Of a DNA stretch of 13,668 bases, positions 1 to 9,400 are shown piece after piece (the stretch's first letter is position 1; every line of letters starts with the position of its first letter). This DNA comes from a virus (taxonomy: Duplodnaviria; Heunggongvirae; Uroviricota; Caudoviricetes). The notes beneath the pieces are model-generated. The model did not search any database and was not told where the DNA came from. It saw nothing but the letters and a program-made list of their open reading frames with translations. The position numbers were made by a program, and so were the translations under genes. Where the stretch lies: positions 1 through 13,668 of the IMG/VR virus record IMGVR_UViG_2529293076_000027, one strand, 5' to 3'.

Positions 1-273
1 GAGCCTTCGGCAGAGGCCTGGTATCTGTGGCAGGAAGTGCTCAATGGTGATGGAGAGGATGACGATACCCTGTCGGTGGTGGCGAAAACCCGCCGTAACC
101 TGGAAGCGGATGTGACGCTGTTCTGCGATGTCCTGTGTGATACGGACCTGCAGCGGGTGTTCACTCCGGACGACCGTGAGCAGGTGCTGGCCGTCTATGG
201 TCCGGTACATGCCCGGTTGCTGCGTCAGGCACTGGAACTGATCGCTGATGCAGAGTCGGCCAGAAAAAAGTAG
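1..273 (+). CDS. Tail assembly chaperone G-like protein, 5'-partial (frame open to window start, stop at 271-273)
   Basis: Frame 1 is open from nt 1 with no stop until TAG at 271-273. Position immediately upstream of a frameshift-dependent ORF and the tape measure gene matches the lambda G/GT/H order. Slippery heptamer at its 3' end. Annotated by synteny, not sequence similarity. Confidence 0.6.
   Translation, partial: EPSAEAWYLWQEVLNGDGEDDDTLSVVAKTRRNLEADVTLFCDVLCDTDLQRVFTPDDREQVLAVYGPVHARLLRQALELIADAESARKK
264..270 (+). other. Putative -1 programmed ribosomal frameshift slippery site (A AAA AAG)
   Basis: Heptamer X_XXY_YYZ reading a aaa aag in the G frame, directly before the G stop codon. 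The -1 frame continues for about 100 codons. Confidence 0.6.
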
Positions 274-578
274 CCCGCCCGGAAATTCGCTTTCTGATGC
301 GACTTGCGCTCCGTCTGGGGCGCACCTTATCCGAACTGCGGCACAGCCTGAGTGCGAGCGAGGCGATGATGTGGATGGAGTTTGACAGGGTGTCCCCGCT
401 GGGTGATGAGCGCGGGGATATCCGTAATGCACAGATCGTGAAAGCGGTTTTCGGGGCACAGGGGATGAATGTTGCACTGAAGGACGCCATGCTCTGCTGG
501 GGCGAGGATGAGGATAAGCCGGAGGTGGATCCGTTTGCGGCGCTGGAAGACGCGCTGAGCCTTGCAGCACAGTCATGA
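264..578 (+). CDS. T-like C-terminal extension of a G-T fusion, expressed only by -1 frameshift at A_AAA_AAG (264-270); no independent start
   Basis: The -1 frame is closed by TGA at 246-248 and then open from 249 to stop at 576-578. The first ATG in this frame is at 297, with no convincing RBS. Slippery heptamer a-aaa-aag at 264-270 lies in the last codons of the upstream ORF, the same geometry as lambda G/GT. Confidence 0.6.
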   Translation, partial: KKVARPEIRFLMRLALRLGRTLSELRHSLSASEAMMWMEFDRVSPLGDERGDIRNAQIVKAVFGAQGMNVALKDAMLCWGEDEDKPEVDPFAALEDALSLAAQS

Positions 579-586
579 ATGATGAG

Positions 587-607
587 AACCGCTGAGGCGG
601 TTTTTTT
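587..607 (+). terminator. Hairpin plus T7 run between T and H (possible intrinsic terminator or attenuator)
   Basis: aaccgc-tgag-gcggtt stem-loop (587-602) running into ttttttt (601-607), located between the T stop (578) and the H RBS (ggaga at about 614-618). Confidence 0.4.
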
Positions 608-625
608 ACGCCCGGAGAAAGGTGA

Positions 626-3600
626 ATGGCGACGTTACGTGAACTGATTATCAAAATTTCGGCAAATTCGCAGTCATTCCAGTCGGAGATCCAGCGGGCT
701 TCCCGTATGGGCAGTGAATATTACCGGACCCTGCAGAATGGCGGGCGTCAGGCCGCTGCGGCAGCCCGGGAGCAGCGACGTGCCCTGGCAGAACTGAACA
801 GCCAGTTGACGGAAATTCGCGGTTCTGCTGTCGGAATGGCTGGCGCATTTGCCGGTGCCTTTGCCACCGGACACCTGATTTCACTGGCGGATGAGTGGAG
901 TTCCGTGAATGCCCGTCTGAAACAGGCGTCGCAGTCATCTGATGAATTTTCGTCATCACAGAAAGTGCTGATGGATATCAGCCAGCGGACAGGCACCGCA
1001 TTTTCGGATAATGCGGCCCTGTCTGCCCGCTCAGCCGCCTCAATGCGTGAATATGGTTACAGTGCTGATGATGTGCTGAAGGTGACGGAGGCCATTTCCA
1101 CGGGGCTGAAAATCTCCGGTGCCAGTACGGCAGAGGCGGGCTCGGTGATCACCCAGTTCAGCCAGGCGCTGGCACAGGGTGTGTTACGCGGTGAGGAATT
1201 TAATTCGGTCAATGAAAGCGGAGACCGGATCGTACGTGCACTGGCTGCGGGTATGGGCGTGGCCCGTAAAGACCTTAAGGCGATGGCGGACGACGGCAAA
1301 CTGACGGCGGATAAAGTCGTTCCTGCGTTAATCAGCCAGCTGGGGGTATTGCGTGATGAATATGCCGCCATGCCGGAAACGGTTTCCAGTAGTATCACGA
1401 AGGTGGAAAACGCCTTTATGGCCTGGGTGGGCGGTGCGAATGAGGCCAGCGGGGTGACGAAAACGCTCTCCGGCGTGCTGAACGGTGTTGCCGGACAGAT
1501 TGATAATGTGGCAACAGCCGTGGGGGCACTGGTTGCCGTCGGGGGTGCCCGGTACTTTGGCAATATGGCCTCCGGAGCGATGTCTGCCACGGCAGGACTT
1601 GTGACGGCTGCACGTAATGAAGTTGCACTGGCGGAAGCACAGTTCAGGGGAACGCAGATTGCCACGGCGCGGGCAAGAGCAGCCGTGTACCGTGCTCAGC
1701 AGGCCGTGGCGGCAGCCCGCGGGACGGAGATGCAGATTGCAGCAGAGGCCCGTCTGGCGGCCACACAGGAACGCCTGAACAGAAATATTGCTGCCAGAAG
1801 CGCCGCCCAGAATGCGCTGAACAGTACAACGGCGGTGGGCTCACGTCTGATGAGCGGTGCGCTGGGGCTGGTTGGTGGCGTACCCGGACTGGTGATGCTG
1901 GGGGCTGCAGCATGGTACACGCTGTACCAGAATCAGGAGCAGGCCAGGGAGTCTGCGCGCCAGTATGCACTGACGATAGATGAAATCGCGCATAAAACGC
2001 CGTCAATGTCTCTGCCTGAAGCCTCAGATAATGAAGGACGAACACGGGCGGCGCTGACAGAGCAGAACCGGCTGATTGATGAACAGGCCAGTCGGGTGAA
2101 ATCCCTGCAGGAAAAAATCGCAGGATATCAGTATGTTCTGGCGAACCCGGGCTGGACGACCGGTGACGGATTCATGATAAACCATCTGACCTCGGTGAAG
2201 ACCGTAACGGAAGGGCTTGCTCAGGCAACAGAGCAGCTTGCCGTTGAGCAGTCCCGTCTGGCACAGATGCAGGAAAAAGCGCAGTCCATTCAGGATGTGC
2301 TTGCCGGGCTGGAAGACCGTCGTGTGGCGTTAATTCGTCAGCAGGCGGCAGAGCAGAATAAGGTGTACCAGTCCATGCTGGTTATGAACGGTCAGCATAC
2401 GGAATTCAACCGTCTGCTGGGGCTGGGGAATGAACTGCTTCAGCAGCGTCAGGGACTGGTGAATGTACCGTTACGGCTGCCGCAGGCCACCCTGGATGAT
2501 AAACAGCAGAGCGCCCTGACAAAAACAGAACGTGAGCTGGCCCTGTCCCGACTGAAGGGGGAGGAAAAAGAGCGTGCCCGGCTGGGGTATGCGGCGGATG
2601 ACCTTGGTTTTGTGGGGGATTCGTATCAGGAGGCGAGACAGCGTTATATCAGTAATGCCCTGGAAGCCTGGCGTAATAACGAGGCGAACAAACCCAAATC
2701 CCGGGGTGGAAAATCAGAGACGGAAAAAGCGGAAGACAGTTTTTCCCGGCTACTGAAGCAGCAGAAAGAGCAACTGGCACTGGCGGGTCAGAATACAGAG
2801 CTGGCGAAGCTGAAATACCAGACTGCGCAGGGCGAACTGAAAACCCTGACGGAGATGCAGAAGCAGGAGCTGCTGCGTAATGCGGCCCTGATTGACCAGC
2901 AAAAAATCCGGGAACAGTTGCGATCCCGGGAAGAGACACTGAAGAATGAGAATGCGGCTGCGCGTGCGTCGAATGATGCTGAACTGCTGGGGTACGGGCA
3001 GGGGGAACGAGCCAGGGAACGCATGCGGGAGTTGCAGCAGATCCGCGACAGCTTCCGCCAGAAGGATGCGGACCTTCAGTCTCAGTATCAGACCGGGGAT
3101 ATCAGTGAGGATTTTTACAGACAGGCACGGGCACAGAACGCGCAGTATCTGAGCGAACGCCTTAAGGACCAGGCAGCCTTTTATGCCGAATCGGATGCGC
3201 AGCGTGCGGACTGGCAGAAAGGGCTGCAGGAGGGATTCAGTAACTGGGTGGATAATGCGTCCGATTACGCCTCACAGGCAGCACAGCTTGCGACGGAGGG
3301 TATCTCAGGGATGGTGAATAACATCACGGAGATGCTGAACGGAAATAAAGTGGAATGGCGCAGCTGGGCCTCATCAGTGCTGCAGGAAATATCAAAAGTT
3401 CTTATGAATGCCGCGATTGTCAACGGAATTAAGACGGCGGCAAACGGTATGTCCGGTGCGGGAGGATTTCTCGGCAGCATTGGTGACTGGCTGGGCGGAG
3501 CGGTGGCCAATGCAAAAGGCGGCGTGTATACCTCGGCAAACCTGAGTGCGTACAGCAACAGTATTGTGGATACGCCCACGTACTTTGCCTTTGCAAAAGG

Positions 3601-3868
3601 GGCCGGGCTGATGGGGGAGGCCGGACCTGAAGCCATTATGCCTCTGACGCGGGCGGCGGATGGCTCGCTGGGTGTGCGCGCGGTGGGTAGTATGAACGGC
3701 AGTGCGGGTCTGGTGTATTCCCCGGTCTACCATATCGCCATTCAGAATGACGGGACTAATGGCCAGATAGGGCCGGAGGCTGCGGGCAGCCTTGTGCAGC
3801 TGATTGACCAGCGGGTGCAGGCGGTGATGCTGTCCATGCGACGTGACGGAGGAATGCTGAGTGGCTGA
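626..3868 (+). CDS. Tail tape measure protein (lambda gpH-like), 1080 aa
   Basis: ATG at 626 preceded by ggagaaagg. Long Ala/Gln/Arg-rich, predicted helical protein. C-terminal region (NDGTNGQIGPEAA ... MRRDGGMLSG) matches my recollection of the lambda gpH C-terminus. Position between G/T and M. Confidence 0.93.
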   Translation: MATLRELIIKISANSQSFQSEIQRASRMGSEYYRTLQNGGRQAAAAAREQRRALAELNSQLTEIRGSAVGMAGAFAGAFATGHLISLADEWSSVNARLKQASQSSDEFSSSQKVLMDISQRTGTAFSDNAALSARSAASMREYGYSADDVLKVTEAISTGLKISGASTAEAGSVITQFSQALAQGVLRGEEFNSVNESGDRIVRALAAGMGVARKDLKAMADDGKLTADKVVPALISQLGVLRDEYAAMPETVSSSITKVENAFMAWVGGANEASGVTKTLSGVLNGVAGQIDNVATAVGALVAVGGARYFGNMASGAMSATAGLVTAARNEVALAEAQFRGTQIATARARAAVYRAQQAVAAARGTEMQIAAEARLAATQERLNRNIAARSAAQNALNSTTAVGSRLMSGALGLVGGVPGLVMLGAAAWYTLYQNQEQARESARQYALTIDEIAHKTPSMSLPEASDNEGRTRAALTEQNRLIDEQASRVKSLQEKIAGYQYVLANPGWTTGDGFMINHLTSVKTVTEGLAQATEQLAVEQSRLAQMQEKAQSIQDVLAGLEDRRVALIRQQAAEQNKVYQSMLVMNGQHTEFNRLLGLGNELLQQRQGLVNVPLRLPQATLDDKQQSALTKTERELALSRLKGEEKERARLGYAADDLGFVGDSYQEARQRYISNALEAWRNNEANKPKSRGGKSETEKAEDSFSRLLKQQKEQLALAGQNTELAKLKYQTAQGELKTLTEMQKQELLRNAALIDQQKIREQLRSREETLKNENAAARASNDAELLGYGQGERARERMRELQQIRDSFRQKDADLQSQYQTGDISEDFYRQARAQNAQYLSERLKDQAAFYAESDAQRADWQKGLQEGFSNWVDNASDYASQAAQLATEGISGMVNNITEMLNGNKVEWRSWASSVLQEISKVLMNAAIVNGIKTAANGMSGAGGFLGSIGDWLGGAVANAKGGVYTSANLSAYSNSIVDTPTYFAFAKGAGLMGEAGPEAIMPLTRAADGSLGVRAVGSMNGSAGLVYSPVYHIAIQNDGTNGQIGPEAAGSLVQLIDQRVQAVMLSMRRDGGMLSG

Positions 3869-4202
3869 GATAAAAACGCTGCATCTGGTCCCGCGTGAAG
3901 GGATGCAGGTGAGTGAGAAGCCGTCGGTGGTGAGGGTGCGGTTTGGTGACGGTTATGAACAGCGCCGACCGACGGGACTTAATGCCAGACTGAAGACGTT
4001 TCAGGCGGTGTTCCGGGTGACGGATGAACCAACCCGGCGCTGGCTGGATGAATTTTTATCCTGGCATGGTGGTTACCGTGCCTTTTTGTGGCGACCGCCG
4101 AAACATAACCGGACGGTGAGGGTGGTGTGCCGGGAGTGGAGCGTCACAGATAACGCCAGGTACAGTGATTTCAGTTGTACGATTGAGCAGGTGGTGAACT
4201 GA
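3861..4202 (+). CDS. Minor tail protein M (lambda gpM-like)
   Basis: GTG start at 3861 with ggagg 9 nt upstream, overlapping the H stop by 8 nt. Sequence VRVRFGDGYEQRRPTGLNARLKT ... EQVVN matches recalled lambda gpM (VRKVRFGDGYSQRAPAGLNANLKT ... EQVVN). Confidence 0.9.
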   Translation: MAEIKTLHLVPREGMQVSEKPSVVRVRFGDGYEQRRPTGLNARLKTFQAVFRVTDEPTRRWLDEFLSWHGGYRAFLWRPPKHNRTVRVVCREWSVTDNARYSDFSCTIEQVVN

Positions 4203-4900
4203 TGCAGGATATTCGCGAAGAAAGTCTGAACGAGTCGGTTAAGTCAGAGCAGTCACCGCGGGTGGTACTCTGGGAAATCGACCTGACGGTACAGGGTGGT
4301 GAGCGGTATTTTTTCTGCAATGAGCTGAATGAAAAAGGGGAGGCGGTCACCTGGCAGGGGCGGCAATATCAGGCATACCCGATTGACGGCAGCGGTTTTG
4401 AGATGAACGGGAAGGGCAGCAGTGCCAGACCGTCGCTGACGGTGTCCAATCTGTTTGGTCTGGTCACCGGGATGGCGGAGGACCTGCAGAGCCTGGTGGG
4501 GGCCACGGTGGTCCGCCGCCGGGTGTATGCGCGTTTTCTGGATGCGGTGAATTTCGTTGCGGGCAATCCGGAGGCGGACCCGGAGCAGGAGCTGAGTGAC
4601 CGCTGGGTGGTGGAGCAGATGTCGCAGCTGACAGCCATGACGGCCTCGTTTGTGCTGGCTACACCGACCGAGACGGATGGGGCGCTGTTTCCCGGTCGCA
4701 TCATGCTGGCGAACACCTGTATGTGGGATTACCGGGGAGATGAATGCGGGTATAACGGTCCTGCGGTGGCGGATGAGTTCGACAACCCCACCACGGATAT
4801 CCGTAAGGACAGATGCAGCAAGTGCATGCGCGGGTGTGAACTGCGCAGGAATGTCGGCAATTTTGGCGGTTTCCTTTCCATTAATAAACTTTCGCAGTAA
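4202..4900 (+). CDS. Minor tail protein L (lambda gpL-like)
   Basis: ATG at 4202 overlaps the M stop (tgATG). N-terminus MQDIREESLNE ... VVLWEIDLT ... GERYFFCNE and C-terminus NVGNFGGFLSINKLSQ closely match recalled lambda gpL. Conserved Cys cluster (CMWDYRGDECGY ... CSKCMRGC). Confidence 0.95.
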   Translation: MQDIREESLNESVKSEQSPRVVLWEIDLTVQGGERYFFCNELNEKGEAVTWQGRQYQAYPIDGSGFEMNGKGSSARPSLTVSNLFGLVTGMAEDLQSLVGATVVRRRVYARFLDAVNFVAGNPEADPEQELSDRWVVEQMSQLTAMTASFVLATPTETDGALFPGRIMLANTCMWDYRGDECGYNGPAVADEFDNPTTDIRKDRCSKCMRGCELRRNVGNFGGFLSINKLSQ

Positions 4901-4910
4901 ATCCCGGTTT

Positions 4911-5654
4911 ATGACACAGACTGAATCAGCGATTCTGGCGCATGCCCGGCGGTGTGCGCCTGCGGAGTCGTGCGGCTTCGTGATAAGCACGCCGGAGGGG
5001 GAGTGGTATATCCCTTGTGTGAATATTTCTGCAGAGCCGGAGGCGTATTTTCGTATCGCACCGGAAGACTGGCTGCGGGCAGAGATGCAGGGGGAGATTG
5101 TGGCACTGGTCCACAGTCATCCCGGTGGGCTGCCCTGGCTGAGCGAGGCTGACCGGCGGCTGCAGATAAAAAGCGCACTGCCCTGGTGGCTGGTCTGCCG
5201 GGGTGACATTCACAAATTCCGCTGTGTGCCACACCTGACCGGACGGCGCTTTGAGCACGGGGTGACGGACTGTTACACGCTGTTCCGGGATGCTTATCAT
5301 CTGGCGGGGACTGAAATGCCGGATTTTCATCGCGAGGATGACTGGTGGCGCAACGGTCAGAACCTTTACCTGGACAATATGGCGGTCACCGGCTTTTACC
5401 GGGTGCCCCTGTCCTCTGCACAGGCGGGCGATATCCTGCTGTGCTGCTTTGGCGCATCGGTGGCCAATCATGCCGCCATTTACTGCGGCAACGGTGAACT
5501 GCTTCACCATCTGCCTGAACAACTGAGTAAACGGGAGAGGTATTCCGAAAAATGGCAACGACGAACGCATTCTGTCTGGCGTCACCGCCACTGGCACGCA
5601 TCTGCCTTCACGGGGATTTACAACGATTTGGCCGCCGCCTCAGCCTGTATGTGA
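4911..5654 (+). CDS. Tail tip assembly protein K (lambda gpK-like; MPN/JAMM plus NlpC/P60 domains)
   Basis: ATG at 4911, 10 nt after the L stop; the ORF-track start at 4650 is an in-frame upstream extension overlapping L. JAMM-like motif E...HSHPGGLPWLSEAD and NlpC/P60-like Cys in GVTDCYTLF are visible in the translation. Strong similarity to recalled lambda K. Confidence 0.85.
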   Translation: MTQTESAILAHARRCAPAESCGFVISTPEGEWYIPCVNISAEPEAYFRIAPEDWLRAEMQGEIVALVHSHPGGLPWLSEADRRLQIKSALPWWLVCRGDIHKFRCVPHLTGRRFEHGVTDCYTLFRDAYHLAGTEMPDFHREDDWWRNGQNLYLDNMAVTGFYRVPLSSAQAGDILLCCFGASVANHAAIYCGNGELLHHLPEQLSKRERYSEKWQRRTHSVWRHRHWHASAFTGIYNDLAAASACM

Positions 5655-6232
5655 ACACGGCAGCGGAAGCCATCCGGGCGCTGTCGTTACAGGTGCCCGG
5701 ATTCCGCCGTCAGATGAACGAAGGCTGGTACCAGATACGTATTGCCGGTGATGACACGGCACCGGAGGCGGTGTACGCCCGTCTTCACGAACAGCTGGGT
5801 GAGGGAACGGTCATCCACATTGTGCCGCGACTGGCCGGGGCCGGAAAGGGTGGACTGCAGATTGTGCTGGGGGCGGCAGCCATCGTGGGCTCTTTCTTCA
5901 CCGCCGGCGCAACGATGGCGTTATGGGGTTCAGCCCTGGCAGCCGGTGGTTTTTCTGCCACCACGATGCTGTTTTCACTTGGAGCCAGCATGATACTGGG
6001 TGGTGTGGCCCAGATGCTGGCCCCGAAGGCAAAAACACCGGATTACCGCGCAACGGATAACGGCAGACAGAACACGTATTTTTCGTCACTGGACAACATG
6101 ATTGCCCAGGGTAACCCGATGCCGGTGCCTTACGGGGAAATGCTGGTTGGCTCCCGCCGTATATCCCAGGACATCAGTACCCGTGATGAAGGCGGGGGCG
6201 GAAAGGTCGTGGTTATCGGGCGACAGGCATAA
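5552..6232 (+). CDS. Tail tip assembly protein I (lambda gpI-like)
   Basis: ATG at 5552 with gggagagg upstream; overlaps the K 3' end by 103 nt in another frame. MATTNAFCLASPPLARICLHGDLQRFGRR ... GEMLVGSRRISQDISTRDEGGGGKVVVIGR matches recalled lambda gpI, including the hydrophobic Gly/Ala-rich segment. Confidence 0.9.
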   Translation: MATTNAFCLASPPLARICLHGDLQRFGRRLSLYVNTAAEAIRALSLQVPGFRRQMNEGWYQIRIAGDDTAPEAVYARLHEQLGEGTVIHIVPRLAGAGKGGLQIVLGAAAIVGSFFTAGATMALWGSALAAGGFSATTMLFSLGASMILGGVAQMLAPKAKTPDYRATDNGRQNTYFSSLDNMIAQGNPMPVPYGEMLVGSRRISQDISTRDEGGGGKVVVIGRQA

Positions 6233-6243
6233 AAGCGAAAAAA

Positions 6244-6269
6244 TCCCGCAGTGACCGAAGGCTGCGGGA
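6244..6269. other. Perfect 8-bp stem / 10-nt loop hairpin in the I-J spacer, preceded by an A6 run (terminator-like for the - strand)
   Basis: tcccgcag (6244-6251) pairs with ctgcggga (6262-6269). A-run at 6238-6243 gives a T-run after the hairpin on the - strand. Confidence 0.4.
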
Positions 6270-6402
6270 ACAGAAAATGAAGATTAACCACAGGGAGTTT
6301 TGTTTTTATTGGCCCGAAAAAACTGTAACGCCCGGGAATGATATCTGCCACGGGGGCGTACAGAAAATGTGAAGATATTCAGAATTTTTATTCAGTCATG
6401 AC

Positions 6403-6436
6403 ACAGGCATCCTCCGGGATGCCTGTTGTTTTTGTG
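6403..6436 (+). terminator. Intrinsic-terminator-like hairpin (10-bp perfect stem, tccg loop) plus T-rich tail, immediately upstream of the J RBS
   Basis: acaggcatcc (6403-6412) / ggatgcctgt (6417-6426), followed by tgtttttgtg (6427-6436). Confidence 0.5.
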
Positions 6437-6467
6437 CGTAACAGTTATCACAGTAAAGGGTGAGACA

Positions 6468-9400
6468 ATGGGCAAAGGTGGCGGCAAGGCGCACACGCCG
6501 GTAGAGGCAAAGGACAATCTTAAGTCCACGCAGATGATGAGCGTGATTGATGCGATTGGTGAGGGACCGATAGAAGGTCCGGTGAAGGGACTGCAGAGTA
6601 TTCTGGTGAACAAAACCCCACTGACGGACACGGACGGCAATCCCGTGATACACGGTGTGACCGCGGTCTGGCGTGCCGGGGAGCAGGAGCAGACACCACC
6701 GGAAGGCTTTGAGTCCTCCGGAGCTGAAACCGGACTGGGCGTGGAAGTGACGAAGGCAAAACCGGTGACGCGCACCATTACGTCCGCGAACATTGACCGC
6801 CTGCGGGTTACCTTCGGGGTGCAGTCACTGGTGGAGACCACCTCAAAGGGTGACCGTAACCCGGCATCCGTCCGCCTGCTGATTCAGTTACAGCGTAACG
6901 GTAACTGGGTGACAGAAAAGGACGTCACCATTAACGGCAAGACCACCTCACAGTTCCTGGCCTCGGTGATTCTGGATAATCTGCCTCCCCGGCCCTTTAA
7001 CATCCGGATGGTCAGGGAGACGGCGGACAGCACCACGGACCAGCTGCAGAATAAGACGCTGTGGTCGTCATACACCGAAATCATCGATGTGAAACAGTGC
7101 TACCCGAACACGGCGATTGTGGGGTTGCAGGTGGATGCGGAGCAGTTCGGCGGCCAGCAGATGACGGTGAACTACCATATCCGCGGTCGCATCATCCAGG
7201 TGCCGTCAAACTATGACCCGGAAAAACGCACGTACAGTGGTATCTGGGACGGCAGTCTGAAACCGGCATACAGCAACAACCCGGCCTGGTGCCTGTGGGA
7301 CATGCTGACTCACCCGCGTTACGGCATGGGAAAACGTCTGGGGGCGGCGGATGTGGACAAGTGGGCGCTGTATGCCATCGGGCAGTACTGCGACCAGACG
7401 GTCCCGGATGGTTTCGGGGGCACAGAGCCGCGGATGACCTTTAATGCGTACCTGTCACAACAGCGTAAGGCGTGGGACGTTCTCAGTGATTTCTGCTCGG
7501 CGATGCGCTGTATGCCGGTATGGAACGGTCAGACGCTGACGTTCGTTCAGGACCGCCCGTCGGATGTGGTGTGGCCGTACACCAACAGCGATGTGGTGGT
7601 GGATGATAACGGCGTGGGGTTTCGCTACAGCTTCAGCGCCCTGAAGGACCGCCACACGGCGGTGGAGGTGAATTACACCGACCCGCAGAACGGCTGGCAG
7701 ACCTCCACGGAACTGGTGGAAGACCCGGAAGCCATACTGCGCTACGGGCGCAACCTGCTGAAGATGGATGCGTTCGGCTGTACCAGTCGCGGTCAGGCCC
7801 ACCGTGCCGGGCTGTGGGTGATAAAGACCGGACTGCTGGAAACGCAGACGGTGGATTTCACGCTCGGGTCACAGGGGCTGCGTCACACACCCGGTGACAT
7901 TATTGAAATCTGTGATAACGACTATGCCGGGACCATGACCGGCGGACGTGTCCTGTCCATTGATGCCGCCAGCCGCACCCTGACGCTGGACCGTGAGGTG
8001 ACACTGCCGGAGACAGGTACATCGACGGTGAACCTGATTAACGGCAGCGGTAAGCCGGTGAGTGTGGACATCACCGCACACCCCGCGCCGGACCGGATAC
8101 AGGTCAGTACCCTGCCGGATGGCGTGGCGACATACGGTGTGTGGGGACTCTCCCTGCCGTCACTGCGTCGTCGCCTGTTCCGCTGTGTCTCCATCCGGGA
8201 AAACACGGACGGCACCTTTGCCATCACGGCGGTGCAGCACGTACCGGAAAAAGAAGCCATCGTGGATAACGGTGCCCGCTTTGAGCCGCAGTCAGGCACC
8301 CTGAACAGCGTCATCCCTCCGGCAGTGCAGCACCTGACGGTGGAGGTGAGCGCAGCTGACGGCCAGTATCTGGCACAGGCGAAATGGGACACGCCGCGGG
8401 TGGTGAAGGGGGTGCGCTTCAGTCTGCGACTGACCAGCGGAAGCGGAGAAGGCAGCCGTCTGGTGACCACCGCCATCACCGCGGATACAGAGCATCGTTC
8501 CAGTGGTCTGCCGCTCGGGGAATACACCCTGACAGTCAGGGCAATTAACAGTTATGGCCAGCAGGGCGAACCGGCCACCACCACCTTCCGGATTAACGCG
8601 CCAGCAAAACCCGCCACCATTGAACTGACGCCGGGGTATTTTCAGATAACGGCGGTCCCGCGTCTTGCGGTGTATGACCCGACGGTACAGTTTGAGTTCT
8701 GGTTTTCGGAGACAAAAATCGCAGACACATCTCAGGTGGAAACCTCTGCCCGTTATCTGGGGACCGGCAGTCAGTGGAGTGTATCCGGCCCGCACATTAA
8801 GCCCGGGAAGGATTTCTGGTTTTACGTGCGCAGCGTCAACCTGGTGGGGAAATCTGCTTTTGTGGAAGCCAGTGGCCGGGCCAGCAATGATGCAGAAGGG
8901 TATCTGGGGCTGTTTCGGGAAAAAATAGGAAAACTGCATCTGGCTCAGGGGCTGTGGGAGCTGATAGACAACAGCCAGCTTGCGGATGAGATGGCGGAGA
9001 TGAAGACCTCCATCACCGAAACCCGCAATGAAATCACACAGACGGTCAGTAAAACGCTGGAAGACCAGAGCGCCACCATTCAGCAGATACAGCGCGTGCA
9101 GAAGGACACAAATGATGACCTGGCTGCGCTGTACATGCTGAAGGTTCAAAAAACGAAAGACGGCATTCCCTATGTGGCCGGGATTGGTGCAGGGATTGAG
9201 GATACTGATGGCCAGCCACTGAGCAACATACTGCTGCTGGCTGACCGTATCGCGATGATAAATCCGGAGAGCGGCAACAGCACGCCGTTATTTGTGGCGC
9301 AGGGGAATCAGCTGTTCATGAACGACGTGTTCCTGAAGCGACTGTTTGCGGTGAGTATCACGTCATCCGGCAACCCCCCGACGTTTTCCCTGACGCCGGA

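Noticed and set aside
651-2045. Several - strand ORFs (651..959, 674..874, 748..996, 1057..1665, 1416..1640, 1644..2045, 1696..1920) inside the tape measure gene
   Set aside because: Antisense to a well-supported long CDS in GC-rich DNA. Translations are Pro/Arg/Ser/Ala-rich low-complexity with no starts backed by an RBS. Typical shadow ORFs.
4650-4910. Upstream in-frame extension of K (ORF-track start at 4650)
   Set aside because: It overlaps the L coding region by 250 nt, and similarity to lambda K begins exactly at the ATG at 4911.
4253-5597. Long - strand ORFs 4253..4990 (245 aa) and 4926..5597 (223 aa) overlapping L and K
   Set aside because: Fully antisense to L and K, which have strong homology support. 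Arg/His-rich translations typical of antisense frames.
6130-6351. - strand ORF 6130..6351 (73 aa) spanning the I 3' end and the first spacer hairpin
   Set aside because: Mostly antisense to I, low-complexity translation, no RBS.
6276-6371. 31-codon + strand mini-ORF (MKINHREFCFYWPEKTVTPGNDICHGGVQKM) in the I-J spacer
   Set aside because: Weak RBS, no recognisable features, too short to judge. Kept only as a possibility within the spacer finding.
6426-6467. TTG start for J at 6426, and likewise GTG at 9977 for lom, GTG at 10695 for stf, and the 11893 start for the small ORF
   Set aside because: In each case a downstream ATG with a canonical RBS coincides with the homologous N-terminus (J MGKGGG, Lom MRHLYA signal peptide, Stf MAVKISG), or the extension overlaps the preceding gene.
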